Assembly: GCA_002238565.1 (NCBI GenBank)
Contig: MPMP01000005.1
Location: forward strand, 23,916-87,915
From: Albidovulum sp. bin36
GTDB lineage: Bacteria; Pseudomonadota; Alphaproteobacteria; Rhodobacterales; Rhodobacteraceae
DNA: 64,000 nucleotides
Direction of reading: 5' to 3'
Numbering within the stretch: position 1 is the stretch's first letter; each line of letters opens with the position of its first letter. The translations under genes and the position numbers were made by a program. Positions 8,060-18,078 of the stretch are shown in pieces. The notes beneath the pieces are model-generated. The model was not told where the DNA came from. It saw nothing but the letters and a program-made list of their open reading frames with translations, and searched no databases.

Positions 8060-9880
8060 CTACCAGCTCGCATTCCGCAGCACGAAGTGGCCGCTCGAAA
8101 TCTCCCTGTATTCGGGCGGCGCGGGTTCGTATCCGGCAGGATGAATCGGAGAGGCCGGCGGCGAAATCGGCTTGACCCTATCCCGGATGCTGGAATCGGG
8201 GTCGAGCGTCGGCACGGCCGCCAGCAATGCCTTGGTGTAGTCGTGCCGAGGGTTTTCGAAAACATCCCGTCTGGAGCCGGTTTCGACGATTCGCCCCGAA
8301 TACATTACCGCGACCCTGTGGGATATGCGCTCGACGACCGCCATGTCGTGGCTGATGAACAAATAGGAAATTCCGAGGTCCGCTTGGAGTTCCATCATTA
8401 AGTTCAGCACTTGCGCCTGAACGGAAACGTCCAGAGCCGAAACGGCTTCGTCGGCGACGATGAATTTCGGATTCGGCGCCAGCGCCCGGGCGATGGCGAC
8501 CCTTTGCCTTTGGCCGCCCGACAATTCGGCTGGGTAGCGGCGCAAAAAGCTGCGCGGCAGATGAACGCGGTCGAAGAGGGTTGCGACCCGATCGTCCAGC
8601 GCGCTGCCTTCGTCGAGCCGGAAGTTTCGAATTGGTTCGGCAACCTGGTCGCAGAGGCGCTTTTGCGGATTCAAGGAGCCGTAGGGATCCTGGAAAACCA
8701 TTTGCATGTTGCGGCGCAAATCCCGCATGTCCGATGGATGAAGCGATAGAACATCCCGGCCCTGGAAATGCACCGTTCCGGAATCGGGTTCCTCCAGACG
8801 TAGAACCGCACGGCCCGTTACCGACTTCCCGCTGCCGGATTCGCCTACGAGCGCCAGCGTTTCATTCTCGCTTACAGTAAACGAGATATCCTCGACAGCG
8901 TGCACGTTCGCCGTCGTTCTTCCGAATATTCCGCCGCGAATCGGAAATCTCTTTACAAGATTGCCGACTGTCAGAAGCCGGCTATCGCCGGCGACCAGCG
9001 GTTTCGCAGGCGCGCATTCATAGCCGCCGATGATTTTCATCGGCTCCGGCCCGGGTCTCTTCGACATGTCGCCGAGCTTCGGTACGGCGGCGAGCAGCGC
9101 CTTGGTATATTCGTGCCGCGGCTCCTGCAGTATTTGCCGAACCGGTCCGTCCTCGACCTTTCTGCCGCGATGCATGACGACGACCCGGTCAGCCATCTGG
9201 GCAACGACCGCCATGTCGTGGGTTATCAGCAGGATAGCGGCTCCGGTTTCCTCTCGCAGAAGGTCGATTAGCCCGAGAATTTCGGCCTGCACCGTTACGT
9301 CGAGCGCTGTTGTCGGCTCGTCCGCGATTAGCAAATGCGGCTCGCACGCCAAGGCCATCGCGATCACCACGCGCTGCCGCATGCCCCCGGAAAGCTCATG
9401 CGGGTATTGCCTAAGGCGCTTTTCCGGCTCCGAGATCCGCACCATGCGAAGCATTTCAAGAGATCTCTTGTCGGCCTGCCTTCGTGTAAGCCCCATATGA
9501 AGGCGCAGGCCTTCGGCCATTTGCCAGCCAATCGTATAGGCGGGATTCAATGCGGTCATAGGCTCCTGGAAAACCATGCCGATTTCATTGCCCCGAATCC
9601 TGCGCATTCGGTCTTCGCCGGCCCGCCTCAAATCGACGACCGTCCCGTCGCGCCGATAAAACGTCAATTCGCCGTTTGAAATCCTTCCGCCGCTAAACTT
9701 GGTCAGCTGCATGAGGCTGTACGAGGAAACCGATTTTCCCGACCCCGATTCGCCGACGATGCAGACGATTTCTCCCTTGCCGATTTGAAAGCTGACATCT
9801 TCGACAGCGACGACAGGACCCGCTTTCGACGGGAATTCGACCTTGAGGCCGTCGGCTCTTACCAGGATGCCTTCGTTCAT
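8060..9880 (-). CDS. ABC transporter ATP-binding protein with two fused ATPase domains (DppD/DppF-like)
   Basis: 606 aa with two Walker A motifs (GESGSGKSVS, GESGSGKSVT), two LSGG signatures (LSGGMRQR, LSGGQRQR) and two Walker B motifs (LIADEPTTALD, FIVADEAVSALD). Confidence 0.92.
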   Translation of the reverse strand: MNEGILVRADGLKVEFPSKAGPVVAVEDVSFQIGKGEIVCIVGESGSGKSVSSYSLMQLTKFSGGRISNGELTFYRRDGTVVDLRRAGEDRMRRIRGNEIGMVFQEPMTALNPAYTIGWQMAEGLRLHMGLTRRQADKRSLEMLRMVRISEPEKRLRQYPHELSGGMRQRVVIAMALACEPHLLIADEPTTALDVTVQAEILGLIDLLREETGAAILLITHDMAVVAQMADRVVVMHRGRKVEDGPVRQILQEPRHEYTKALLAAVPKLGDMSKRPGPEPMKIIGGYECAPAKPLVAGDSRLLTVGNLVKRFPIRGGIFGRTTANVHAVEDISFTVSENETLALVGESGSGKSVTGRAVLRLEEPDSGTVHFQGRDVLSLHPSDMRDLRRNMQMVFQDPYGSLNPQKRLCDQVAEPIRNFRLDEGSALDDRVATLFDRVHLPRSFLRRYPAELSGGQRQRVAIARALAPNPKFIVADEAVSALDVSVQAQVLNLMMELQADLGISYLFISHDMAVVERISHRVAVMYSGRIVETGSRRDVFENPRHDYTKALLAAVPTLDPDSSIRDRVKPISPPASPIHPAGYEPAPPEYREISSGHFVLRNASW

Positions 9881-9887
9881 CCGCGGG

Positions 9888-10814
9888 TCAATTCGAAGTT
9901 ATCCAGCGCCAGCGCTGAACAGGATCGGTCACGGCCCTGACCCAGTTGGCCAGCAGGTTCAGGCTGAGCGCGGTTAGGAATATCGCCAGTCCTGGAAACG
10001 TGACCAGCCACCACGCCGATCTGATATGTTCGCGGCCATCGGCAATCATCAGGCCCCATGAAGGATCGGGGGGCTGGACTCCGAAGCCTAGGAAGCTGAG
10101 CGAAGCTTCGGAAAGAATCAGGATGGCGATTTCGAGGGTGAAAAGAACTATGATCGGCGCGGCTACGTTCGGCAGGATGTGATTGAATACGATCCGCAGT
10201 TCGGTTGTTCCGAGAGACTTGGCCGCTAGTACGTACGTTGCGGTACGCGCGTCCAGCGCCAGGCCCCGGGCCATTCGGGCGAACACCATCCAATGAAGAA
10301 TGGAGAAAACAAGAATAAGATTAACGAATCCTCCGCCCAGGACGAATAGGACGAAGAGCGCTACTAGTAGCGACGGCAGCGACAGCATGCCGTCCACAAG
10401 CCGCATGACTATGTCTTCGTACAGGCCGCCGCGATAGCCCGCGGTCAGCCCGAGAGCGACGCCGAGCAGGCACGAAAGACCGGCTCCGATCAAGCCGACC
10501 GATATCGATACTCGCGAGCCGAAAATCAAGCGGCTGAAGATATCTCTGCCCAGCTCGTCGGTACCCAGCAAATAATAGTCGCCTTTCGACCCGACGCTGA
10601 ATGGCGGCAGCAGACCGTCTCTCAAATTGAGACCCATCGGCCGATGCGGCGCGAAGAATTCCGCGCCAAGGGTCAAGACAACCAGAATCAAGAGAAACGC
10701 CGCCGCGGCGAGGGCGACCTTGTCCTTTAGAATCGCGCGGAAGTAATCGCCGGGCGTAACCCTGAAATCGCGAGCATCTCGCGTCTCGTCCATGTCAAAT
10801 CGATCTTCGCTCAA
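9888..10814 (-). CDS. ABC transporter permease (DppC/OppC-like)
   Basis: 308 aa, polytopic, BPD-transport type inner membrane component. In an operon with the ATPase and a second permease. Confidence 0.88.
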   Translation of the reverse strand: MSEDRFDMDETRDARDFRVTPGDYFRAILKDKVALAAAAFLLILVVLTLGAEFFAPHRPMGLNLRDGLLPPFSVGSKGDYYLLGTDELGRDIFSRLIFGSRVSISVGLIGAGLSCLLGVALGLTAGYRGGLYEDIVMRLVDGMLSLPSLLVALFVLFVLGGGFVNLILVFSILHWMVFARMARGLALDARTATYVLAAKSLGTTELRIVFNHILPNVAAPIIVLFTLEIAILILSEASLSFLGFGVQPPDPSWGLMIADGREHIRSAWWLVTFPGLAIFLTALSLNLLANWVRAVTDPVQRWRWITSN

Positions 10815-10821
10815 CCTGCTC

Positions 10822-11787
10822 TCATGCCTCTTTCTTCCCGATGCGGATTCTCGGATTTAGCAGGCGGTACGCTATATCCACCAGCAAATTCACGCAGACG
10901 ACCAGTGCTGCGACGACGATGATCGATGCTTGGATAAGAGGCAGGTCGCTGCGGGACAGCGAGTCGATGATGAGCAGTCCTATTCCCGGCCAAGCGAATA
11001 TCTTTTCCACGAGGATCGCGCCGGTTAGCAGCGCCGACAGCTCGTCGCCGATCATGGTTACGATCGGAATCGCGGCATTTCTCAGCGAATGGAGATATAC
11101 GACTCTGGTCGGCGGCAGGCCCTTTGCGCGCGCGGTCATAATGTAGGGTTTCGCCAGCTCTTCCAGTACCGCGCTTCTCGTAACCTGGGCAATTCGCCCG
11201 ATGGGTCTGGCGGCCAGGGTCAAGGCAGGCAGAATTACGTGCCACCATTCCCCGTAGCCGCCTGTCGGAAGCCACCCGAGATGAACCGCGAAAAAGACGA
11301 TCAGCATCAGCCCGAGCCAGAACTGCACGATCGACACGCCGGCAAGCGACATGACGGTTACGATTCGATCCGCGATCGACCTTGGGTTGGCGGCGGCCGT
11401 TACGCCCATGATAACGCCGAGCGGTACGGCGAAGCCCATCGAGGCGCCGGCGAGAAAGAAGGTCGCCGGAAGTCGTTCAAGCACGATTTCGATGACCGGC
11501 TGGCCGATTTCGGATAATTTTTCGGAGGGCAGCACGGAAAACCCGTAGCGGTAGCTGATTCCGAAATCTCCGCTAAGCAGGTTCAAGATGTACCGGAAGT
11601 ACTGAATTAGGATCGGATCGTTGAGCCCGGCGGCGCGGCGCAAATTTTCGAGAGCCACGTCGCTGGCGCCGGGGCCGAGCATGTTGAGCGCCGGGTCGCC
11701 GATCAGCCTGCCGGCGAAAAAAACGAAGCTAACGGTAAGTAGAAGAATAATGGCCGAGTTGACAGTCCGCTTGATCAAATAGGCCAC
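10822..11787 (-). CDS. ABC transporter permease (DppB/OppB-like)
   Basis: 321 aa. N-terminus AYLIKRTVNSAIILLLTVSFVFF and YIMTARAKGL are typical of DppB-type permeases. GTG start with an upstream GGGGG. Confidence 0.88.
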   Translation of the reverse strand: MAYLIKRTVNSAIILLLTVSFVFFAGRLIGDPALNMLGPGASDVALENLRRAAGLNDPILIQYFRYILNLLSGDFGISYRYGFSVLPSEKLSEIGQPVIEIVLERLPATFFLAGASMGFAVPLGVIMGVTAAANPRSIADRIVTVMSLAGVSIVQFWLGLMLIVFFAVHLGWLPTGGYGEWWHVILPALTLAARPIGRIAQVTRSAVLEELAKPYIMTARAKGLPPTRVVYLHSLRNAAIPIVTMIGDELSALLTGAILVEKIFAWPGIGLLIIDSLSRSDLPLIQASIIVVAALVVCVNLLVDIAYRLLNPRIRIGKKEA

Positions 11788-11857
11788 ATGCTACCCCCGC
11801 ATGCAAATTGAATGCGGCGGGCGCGCGATCGGGCGCGCCCGCCGGTCTTTTTGAGAA

Positions 11858-13465
11858 TTACTCGGACCTGTTTACGTATACGGCCTGGATTCGATGGTCC
11901 GTCCCGAATACGAAGTCGATGCCGTCCTTAACCAAATAGCCGCGATCGAGCAGCGCCAGCGGAACGATCAAGTGCCGGTCGTGTACGTACTTGACCAGCT
12001 CCTGCATGCTCCGATCCCGTTCGTCGCCGAAGCTGGCCATGGCCTCGGACAGCTCGCCGTCGAATTCCGGGTCGCAGTACACCGACGATCTCGACGGCCC
12101 GGTAGGATCGTCGATATTCGGGCAGGCATAGTTCGACAGGAGCAGCAATCCGTAGTCGCCCGATGGATTCTGCTTGACGTGGACCTGCATCATCTGCCGG
12201 CCGGGCTCGTTGGCGTATCCCGCAATTCTGACTCGCGGATTGAATTCCTGCGGAGTCTGTACACGGATTTCGCTGCCAATGCCGACGCTGCCGAGCATGG
12301 CGCCGATCGCTTCAACGATCGGCTTGATCCGCGGCGTCGTGTCCCTCCCGACGACCTCGATGCTCAATCCCGACAGATCGTGACCGTCGGCTTCCGCCGC
12401 GGATAGCAGCTCCATGGCTCTTTCCGGATCGTATTCATACGGGCCGACATTGTCATTGAATCCGATAGTGCCCCGGGCGCCGAGCTGCCCCTGCGGAACG
12501 GATGCCATTCCGTAGAGGCCGGCGATGCCTTCGATATCGAGGGACAGGAAAACGGCTTCGCGGATTCGCGGGTCCGCCAAAATCGGGTCCGCGTGCAGCG
12601 AATGGTCCAGCCGACCGTACAGATAGGTCGTCGATGGCCCGGTTACGCAGCTGTAGCCTTCGTCTTCGCCGGCGCGCTCGCATTCGGCCGCCGATGGAAA
12701 CATCGCGATCTGGGCTTCGCCGCTTTGCACCATAGCCGCCCGCGTCGCGTCCTCCGACCGGAAAACAAACCTAAGCTCCGCGAAATCGGGCTTGGTAGTC
12801 CCGTAGGCGTCATCGGCTTCGAGACCCCACCAGCTGTCGTTTACGGCCGCAGTCCAGTATTGCCCTCTTGCCCATTCGACGAATTTGTACGGCCCTGTGC
12901 CGACCGGGGTGTCGAAATGCTTTTCCGGGCTGTTCGCAAGCTGCTCCGCCGACGAAATACCGCCGAGCGTCATGCGGAATTCCAGCAGCGGATCCGCCTT
13001 ATCGGACGTTACTTCAACTGTTGATTCGTCGATGGCGCTTGCCGTTATCGTTCCGGGACCTGCATATTCCTGAATGGTAAAGGCGTTCTCCGGGCTCCAG
13101 ACCCAGTTTATCGAAGTCGCAACGGCCTCGGCCGTCATCGGGCTGCCGTCGTGGAAAGTTACGCCCTCGCGGATGGTGAACCGGAGGGTGTTCCCGTCGA
13201 CGCGCTCCCATGCGGTAGCGAGCACCGGTATCAAGCCGCCGGTTTGCGGGTCGACCGCGATCAGTGTTTCCATTACATTCCGAAGCCCGGTCGCATTGAT
13301 TTCCTTGTAGGCGCCCTGAGCCGCGAGATCCTGCGGCTCCTGGTTGACCGCGACTACCAATGTGCCTTCGGGCGCGGATAGCGCCGGCACAGCGAAGAAT
13401 GCTGAAACCACCGCAAGCGAACACGCATTCGTCAGCGAACGCGCAACAATTCTCGAATTGATCAT
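11858..13465 (-). CDS. ABC transporter substrate-binding protein, family 5 (peptide/nickel/opine type)
   Basis: 535 aa with a signal peptide ending ...FFAVPALSA. The size and the position at the head of the operon fit a family-5 SBP. Substrate unknown. Confidence 0.85.
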   Translation of the reverse strand: MINSRIVARSLTNACSLAVVSAFFAVPALSAPEGTLVVAVNQEPQDLAAQGAYKEINATGLRNVMETLIAVDPQTGGLIPVLATAWERVDGNTLRFTIREGVTFHDGSPMTAEAVATSINWVWSPENAFTIQEYAGPGTITASAIDESTVEVTSDKADPLLEFRMTLGGISSAEQLANSPEKHFDTPVGTGPYKFVEWARGQYWTAAVNDSWWGLEADDAYGTTKPDFAELRFVFRSEDATRAAMVQSGEAQIAMFPSAAECERAGEDEGYSCVTGPSTTYLYGRLDHSLHADPILADPRIREAVFLSLDIEGIAGLYGMASVPQGQLGARGTIGFNDNVGPYEYDPERAMELLSAAEADGHDLSGLSIEVVGRDTTPRIKPIVEAIGAMLGSVGIGSEIRVQTPQEFNPRVRIAGYANEPGRQMMQVHVKQNPSGDYGLLLLSNYACPNIDDPTGPSRSSVYCDPEFDGELSEAMASFGDERDRSMQELVKYVHDRHLIVPLALLDRGYLVKDGIDFVFGTDHRIQAVYVNRSE

Positions 13466-14052
13466 TTTTGCTCCTCCTTTCGACCATGGTAAAAGACCCC
13501 GGGTGGCAAGTCAAATTTGCGGCATTCTTTCCAAGAATTCGGGCGGCGGCACAAAACGAAGAACTCGGCGACGAAGTTTCGGATAAGGCGCGAGATTGCA
13601 GGAATCCCGCTCTTCAATTCCGCCATCGACAGTTTGCGGATTATTGGATCGCGGACATTTTGTTGGCTTCACCGGTTAGGCGGAAGGACCGAGCGCCTAT
13701 TGACGCACTCGAATTCGAAACGGCGGTCGCGAGCCGACGCGCTCCCCGGAAAATCAAAGGGCGCAAAACGCTCCGCTGCGTTCGCTCGATTTCGGCGCAG
13801 CGGTTTGGGGGCAGGCCTAGTCAAAAGTCGAAGCGAACAGACCTGCAAATGCCAGAGGTGCATTTGCAGCGCCCGTCGAAATTTCGATCCGGTGGAAGCG
13901 GAGCGGCTCCGGCGGCGCGTTCGTTCGGAGAATTCGGCGGCGGGAGCCGAATGGAGGCAATAGTCCAAAGGGATTTGGGCGGCGAAGGCCGGCTTCGGGC
14001 AAAGAAAGGCACGTCCGCCGTGTTCCGCTTTGCGGTCGCCGGCCGGGAGAGG

Positions 14053-15850
14053 TTAGCAGCGCGAGGCGTTCAGCACCGCGTCGAGGGCGTCCTGGGTTTT
14101 CGCGGCGTAGTGGCGGTTGGCTTCGGGAAGGTATTTGAACTCGCCCCTCAGCCGGATGATGGAAATGGCGGCGTTGCTCAGGCAGGCCAAGTTTCGCGGC
14201 AGGTGGCGAACCCGAGCGCGGCAGCGGTCTTCATCGTAGGTGAAATCGGTTGCGTAGTGCAGGCGGTTCTCGATGTGCCAGTGATTTCTCACAAGGCTCA
14301 GCATCGCGTCGGGACCGGCCTTGTCGGCGCCGAGCGAGGTCAGTCCGAAGACGGTCTCGCGGCTTGTCTTTCCGGTTTTTCGAACGTGGCGGGCCCTTTC
14401 GATCCAGAACGCCTGCTTGCGCCCTTTCAGCTTGCGCGTCTCGCTCCACTTCGGGTCGGAGAGGTCGAAGACGGCGCAGCGTCGCGTTTCGAGGCGGCAG
14501 TGCCCCTTGTCGAACTTGTCCTCGCTCCAGCCCGCGCCGGCCCAGTCTAGATCTTCGAGATTCTTGCGGATGGCCGGCTGGTTGTCCTTCACCGAGGCAG
14601 CGACGTAGTCGGCCCGGCAGCTCTCGACCAGGCAGCGGGCGGTCTCCTGCTGCGCGTGCAGGGCATCGAGGGTGACCACCCGTCCCTTCAGGTCGAGATT
14701 CTGCGACAGCTGGCGCACGGCCGGGATCTCGTTGGTTTTCGAGCCGACCTGCACCTGCCCGAGGACCAGGCCGCTGCCGTGCTCGACGGCGGCCGCCATC
14801 ATCCGCCGTTCGCCCTCGACATGCCTCGAGGCTCCGCGCACGTCCTTGCCGTCGAGGACGACCGACGCGCCGGCCCTCGCCGAACTGCTCGATCCAATCG
14901 CGCAGAGCCGTCTCCAGCGTGTCCGGCGGCATGGAGGACAGAACGTAGTGGAAGGTCGAGGCTGCCGGGGCCGTGAAGCGCTGCCGGGTCGGACTCCAGA
15001 ACCCGCCGACGGCCCTGAGTTGCTCGTCGTCCAGGCGGGCGGCGTATTCGCCGAAGGCCGCAATGCCGCGGTAGCCGCTCAGCCGGGCGACGATCATGAT
15101 CGTCAAGTAGCAGGCGATGTCGTAGCGCTGGCCGCGCTTCTTGCGAAAGTCGGGGATGGTCTGCAGATAGGTGTGCAGGCTGCGCAATTCCTCGACCGGC
15201 ATCGGCTCCCCCTTCGCACCGGCCCGCCATTCGGGCGCCGCCTGCTCGCAGCGCAGCTTCTCCCGCGCTCCGGCTTCAAGTTCTCGCATGTTGATCTCCT
15301 TCGGCTGCCCGTTCCGCCGCCAGCGCGCCGAGCCGCCCGGCAGCCGGGAAAACCCCTTCGTCAGGCCCAGCCGCCGCCAGTTCGAAGCGCGGTAGCAAAT
15401 CCCTCCGAAACGCGACGGGTCGACGAACGTCTCGGCCAGAAGAACCGAAAAGCCGTGCAGCTCGCGCATGTCGCTCGACAGGCGGCGCAGGCTGAGGGCA
15501 AGTATCCGGGACGCCAGGTTGGGAACCTGGCCGCGCTCCGTCAGCATCACGAACCGACTGTTTTCGGCAATCAGATGCAGGCGTGAGAACTGCTGCTCGG
15601 GCGACCAGCCGATCCAGGCATCCCGCGCGCCGACCTTGAAGGCGCCCGCCGTCCAGCCGAGAAGGGCCAGCCAGACCTCGCCCCAAACCGCCACGTGCCG
15701 AAGCGATTTGCCGAAAAGGCTGTGGAACGGAAGATAATGATGCTCCCTGACCAGCGCGTCCCAGCGGCGCTGGTCCCCGGCACCGCTCACCGGGCGAACC
15801 GCGACCTCGCCCGGCACGGGCTCGCCGTCAAATGCGCTCAGAATCTCCAT
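14053..15850 (-). mobile_element. ISAs1-family insertion sequence (minimum extent is the transposase reading frames; ends not mapped)
   Basis: ORF 14231..15850 carries a DUF4338-like N-terminus plus the DDE_Tnp_1-associated region (YLQTIPDFRKKRGQRYDIACYLTIMIVARLSGYRGIAAFGEYA). ORF 14053..15063 carries the ISAs1 DDE core (VVLDGKDVRGA...VTLDALHAQQETA...VRNHWHIENRLHYATDFTYDEDRCR). Confidence 0.8.
14053..15850 (-). pseudogene. DUF4338-ISAs1 transposase interrupted by a 1-nt frameshift near 14866-14880
   Basis: The sense reading ...DWIEQFGEG continues as ...AGASVVLDGKDVRGA only in the other frame. The junction lies in the GC run GAGGGCCGGCGCG. Confidence 0.7.
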
Positions 15851-15964
15851 GTGGGATCAATAACACGGCGACTTCTGAAAAGCCAGACCTAAATTTGGCT
15901 TCGGGATGAGTGCGGCTCGCTATGCGGACTTTTGAGCAGCCCTGGGTTTGCGGGGCGTGCGCGG

Positions 15965-17431
15965 CTATCGCACTTTCTGCGAAAGCTCGAAAACCGCTTC
16001 CAAGTTCAAATGTTCGGAAACGTGCTTCGCTAGAGCGTTCAGAACCGCGTCGATTCGAGCGCCGTACGCAAAATTTGAAGCCGGTGCGCCAATTCTGGCG
16101 AGAAACTCCCGGCGATACTGGTCCGAAGCAAAAAGCCCGTGCAGATACGTTCCCGCAATTCGCTCGCTCGCCGACATGGCCCCGTCGGGGCGGTAGCTCC
16201 CGGAATCCTCGACAAGGGCCAGAGGGCGTTCGCAATCCGGTCCGGTCGTTCGCCCGATGTGAATCTCGTAGGCTTCCATCCGCGCCGATGTCGCCGAGCA
16301 CTTCGCCCTAACGCGCCCGACCTTTTTTTCCGGGTCCATGATTGTTGCGACATCGAGCAGAGAAAGGCCGGCGTCGGTTCCGGGAGCGCCTTCGATCCCG
16401 CCCGGATCGGAAATTTCTCGACCGAGCATCTGGAAGCCGCCGCAAATTCCGAGAACGTGGCCGCCCCGGCGCGCGTGCGCCAAAATGTCGATGTCCCATC
16501 CCTGGCGCCTCAAGTCCGCCAGGTCGCTTCTCGTCGACTTGCTTCCGGGCAAGACAACGAGCCCGGCATCGCCGGGTATCGGCGCTCCTGCACGAAGCAT
16601 TTGCAGCGATACGCCCGGCTCGAGCCTTAGCGGATCTAGATCGTCGAAATTCGCGATGCGCGGCAGAACGGGGCAGACGACCTTCAAGGGACCCTCGCCC
16701 CCCGATTCGATTTCAAGCGCGTCTTCCGAGGGTAGGGAGCCCGCTTCGCCGAACCAGGGAACGATACCGAGGCCGCGCCACCCTGTGAGTTTTTCGATTT
16801 GCCTGTACCCGTCTTCGAACAGGGACTTGTCGCCTCGGAATTTGTTGACGGCGAATCCCTTGATCGCGGCGGCGTCGCCGCTGCCAAGTACAAGCTTGGT
16901 TCCGGCGATCTGCGCAATGACGCCGCCTCGATCGATATCGCCCAATAGTATTACCGGAATTTCCGAAGTGCGGGCGAAGCCCATGTTGGCGATATCATTT
17001 TTCCTCAGGTTTATTTCGGCCGGGCTTCCCGCTCCTTCAACGATGACTAGGTCCGCATCCGCCGCCAGGCGGCGCAGACTCTCGAGAACCGCAGGCAGGA
17101 GCCTGTGCCGCATATCCCGGTATTCCCTTGCGCCGGCCGAGCAGAGCCGCCTCCCGTTCAGAATGATCTGCGCCTTCTGATCGGTTTCCGGCTTTAGCAG
17201 TACCGGGTTCATGTCGGTGACGGGATCGACTCGGCACGCCATAGCCTGCATCGCCTGCGCGCGCCCGATTTCGCCGCCGTCGTCCGCGGCGGCGGCGTTG
17301 TTGGACATGTTCTGCGGCTTGAAGGGCCTGACGGCCAGCCCGTTGGCGGCGAAAGCTCGGCAAAGCCCGGCAACGATCAGGGACTTTCCGACGCTTGATC
17401 CCGTGCCTTGGATCATAATGGCGCGCGCCAT
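15965..17431 (-). CDS. cobQ: cobyric acid synthase
   Basis: MARAIMIQGTGSSVGKSLIVAGLCRAF...RPFKPQNMSNNAA, with a C-terminal glutamine amidotransferase region (GICGGFQMLG). Confidence 0.92.
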   Translation of the reverse strand: MARAIMIQGTGSSVGKSLIVAGLCRAFAANGLAVRPFKPQNMSNNAAAADDGGEIGRAQAMQAMACRVDPVTDMNPVLLKPETDQKAQIILNGRRLCSAGAREYRDMRHRLLPAVLESLRRLAADADLVIVEGAGSPAEINLRKNDIANMGFARTSEIPVILLGDIDRGGVIAQIAGTKLVLGSGDAAAIKGFAVNKFRGDKSLFEDGYRQIEKLTGWRGLGIVPWFGEAGSLPSEDALEIESGGEGPLKVVCPVLPRIANFDDLDPLRLEPGVSLQMLRAGAPIPGDAGLVVLPGSKSTRSDLADLRRQGWDIDILAHARRGGHVLGICGGFQMLGREISDPGGIEGAPGTDAGLSLLDVATIMDPEKKVGRVRAKCSATSARMEAYEIHIGRTTGPDCERPLALVEDSGSYRPDGAMSASERIAGTYLHGLFASDQYRREFLARIGAPASNFAYGARIDAVLNALAKHVSEHLNLEAVFELSQKVR

Positions 17432-17466
17432 GGGCGATCTCGGTTCGCTCGGAGTCGCCGCCGCCG

Positions 17467-18078
17467 CTAGAATTCGATGCCGGCCTGCGCTTTTACGCCG
17501 GAGCGGAACGGGTGCTTGACCAATTCCATATTGGTCACGAGATCCGCCAGCTCGATCAGGTCGGCGTGCGCGTTGCGGCCCGTTAGCACGACATGCGAAG
17601 CATCCGGCTTTTCGCTTTTCAGAAACGCAACGACTTCGTCGATGTCAACGTATCCGTAGCGGACCGCGATATTGATTTCGTCGAGCAGGACCATCCTGAT
17701 GCTCTCGTCTCGAATCAGGTCCTTTCCAAGAGACCAGGCGGCCTGAGCCATCTCCGTATCGCGGCTTCGGTCCTGCGTTTCCCAGGTAAATCCTTCGCCC
17801 ATCGTATGGAACTGGCAAATGTCCGAAAACTTCTCTTGGATTAGATCCCGCTCGCCGGTATTCATGCCGCCCTTGATGAACTGAACGACCGCGCAGGGCA
17901 TTTCATGCGCGATGCATCTGAATATCATGCCGAAAGCCGCCGAAGACTTGCCTTTGCCGGGCCCGGTGTGAACTATGATCAACCCCCTTTCTTCGGTTTT
18001 CGTCGACATTATTCTGTCGCGCACGGCTTTTTTCTTCGCCATCTTCGTTTTGTGGCGTTCAAGATCATTCTGCATCAT
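17467..18078 (-). CDS. cobO: cob(I)yrinic acid a,c-diamide adenosyltransferase
   Basis: Internal ATG at 18078 of track ORF 17467..18300. GLIIVHTGPGKGKSSAAFGMIFRCIAH...VVQFIKG. Overlaps the cobN stop by 14 nt. Confidence 0.88.
   Translation of the reverse strand: MMQNDLERHKTKMAKKKAVRDRIMSTKTEERGLIIVHTGPGKGKSSAAFGMIFRCIAHEMPCAVVQFIKGGMNTGERDLIQEKFSDICQFHTMGEGFTWETQDRSRDTEMAQAAWSLGKDLIRDESIRMVLLDEINIAVRYGYVDIDEVVAFLKSEKPDASHVVLTGRNAHADLIELADLVTNMELVKHPFRSGVKAQAGIEF

Noticed and set aside
13468-14550. 360-aa plus-strand ORF
   Set aside because: Its 3' half is antisense to the ISAs1 DDE domain and its 5' half is low-complexity. No recognisable domain.
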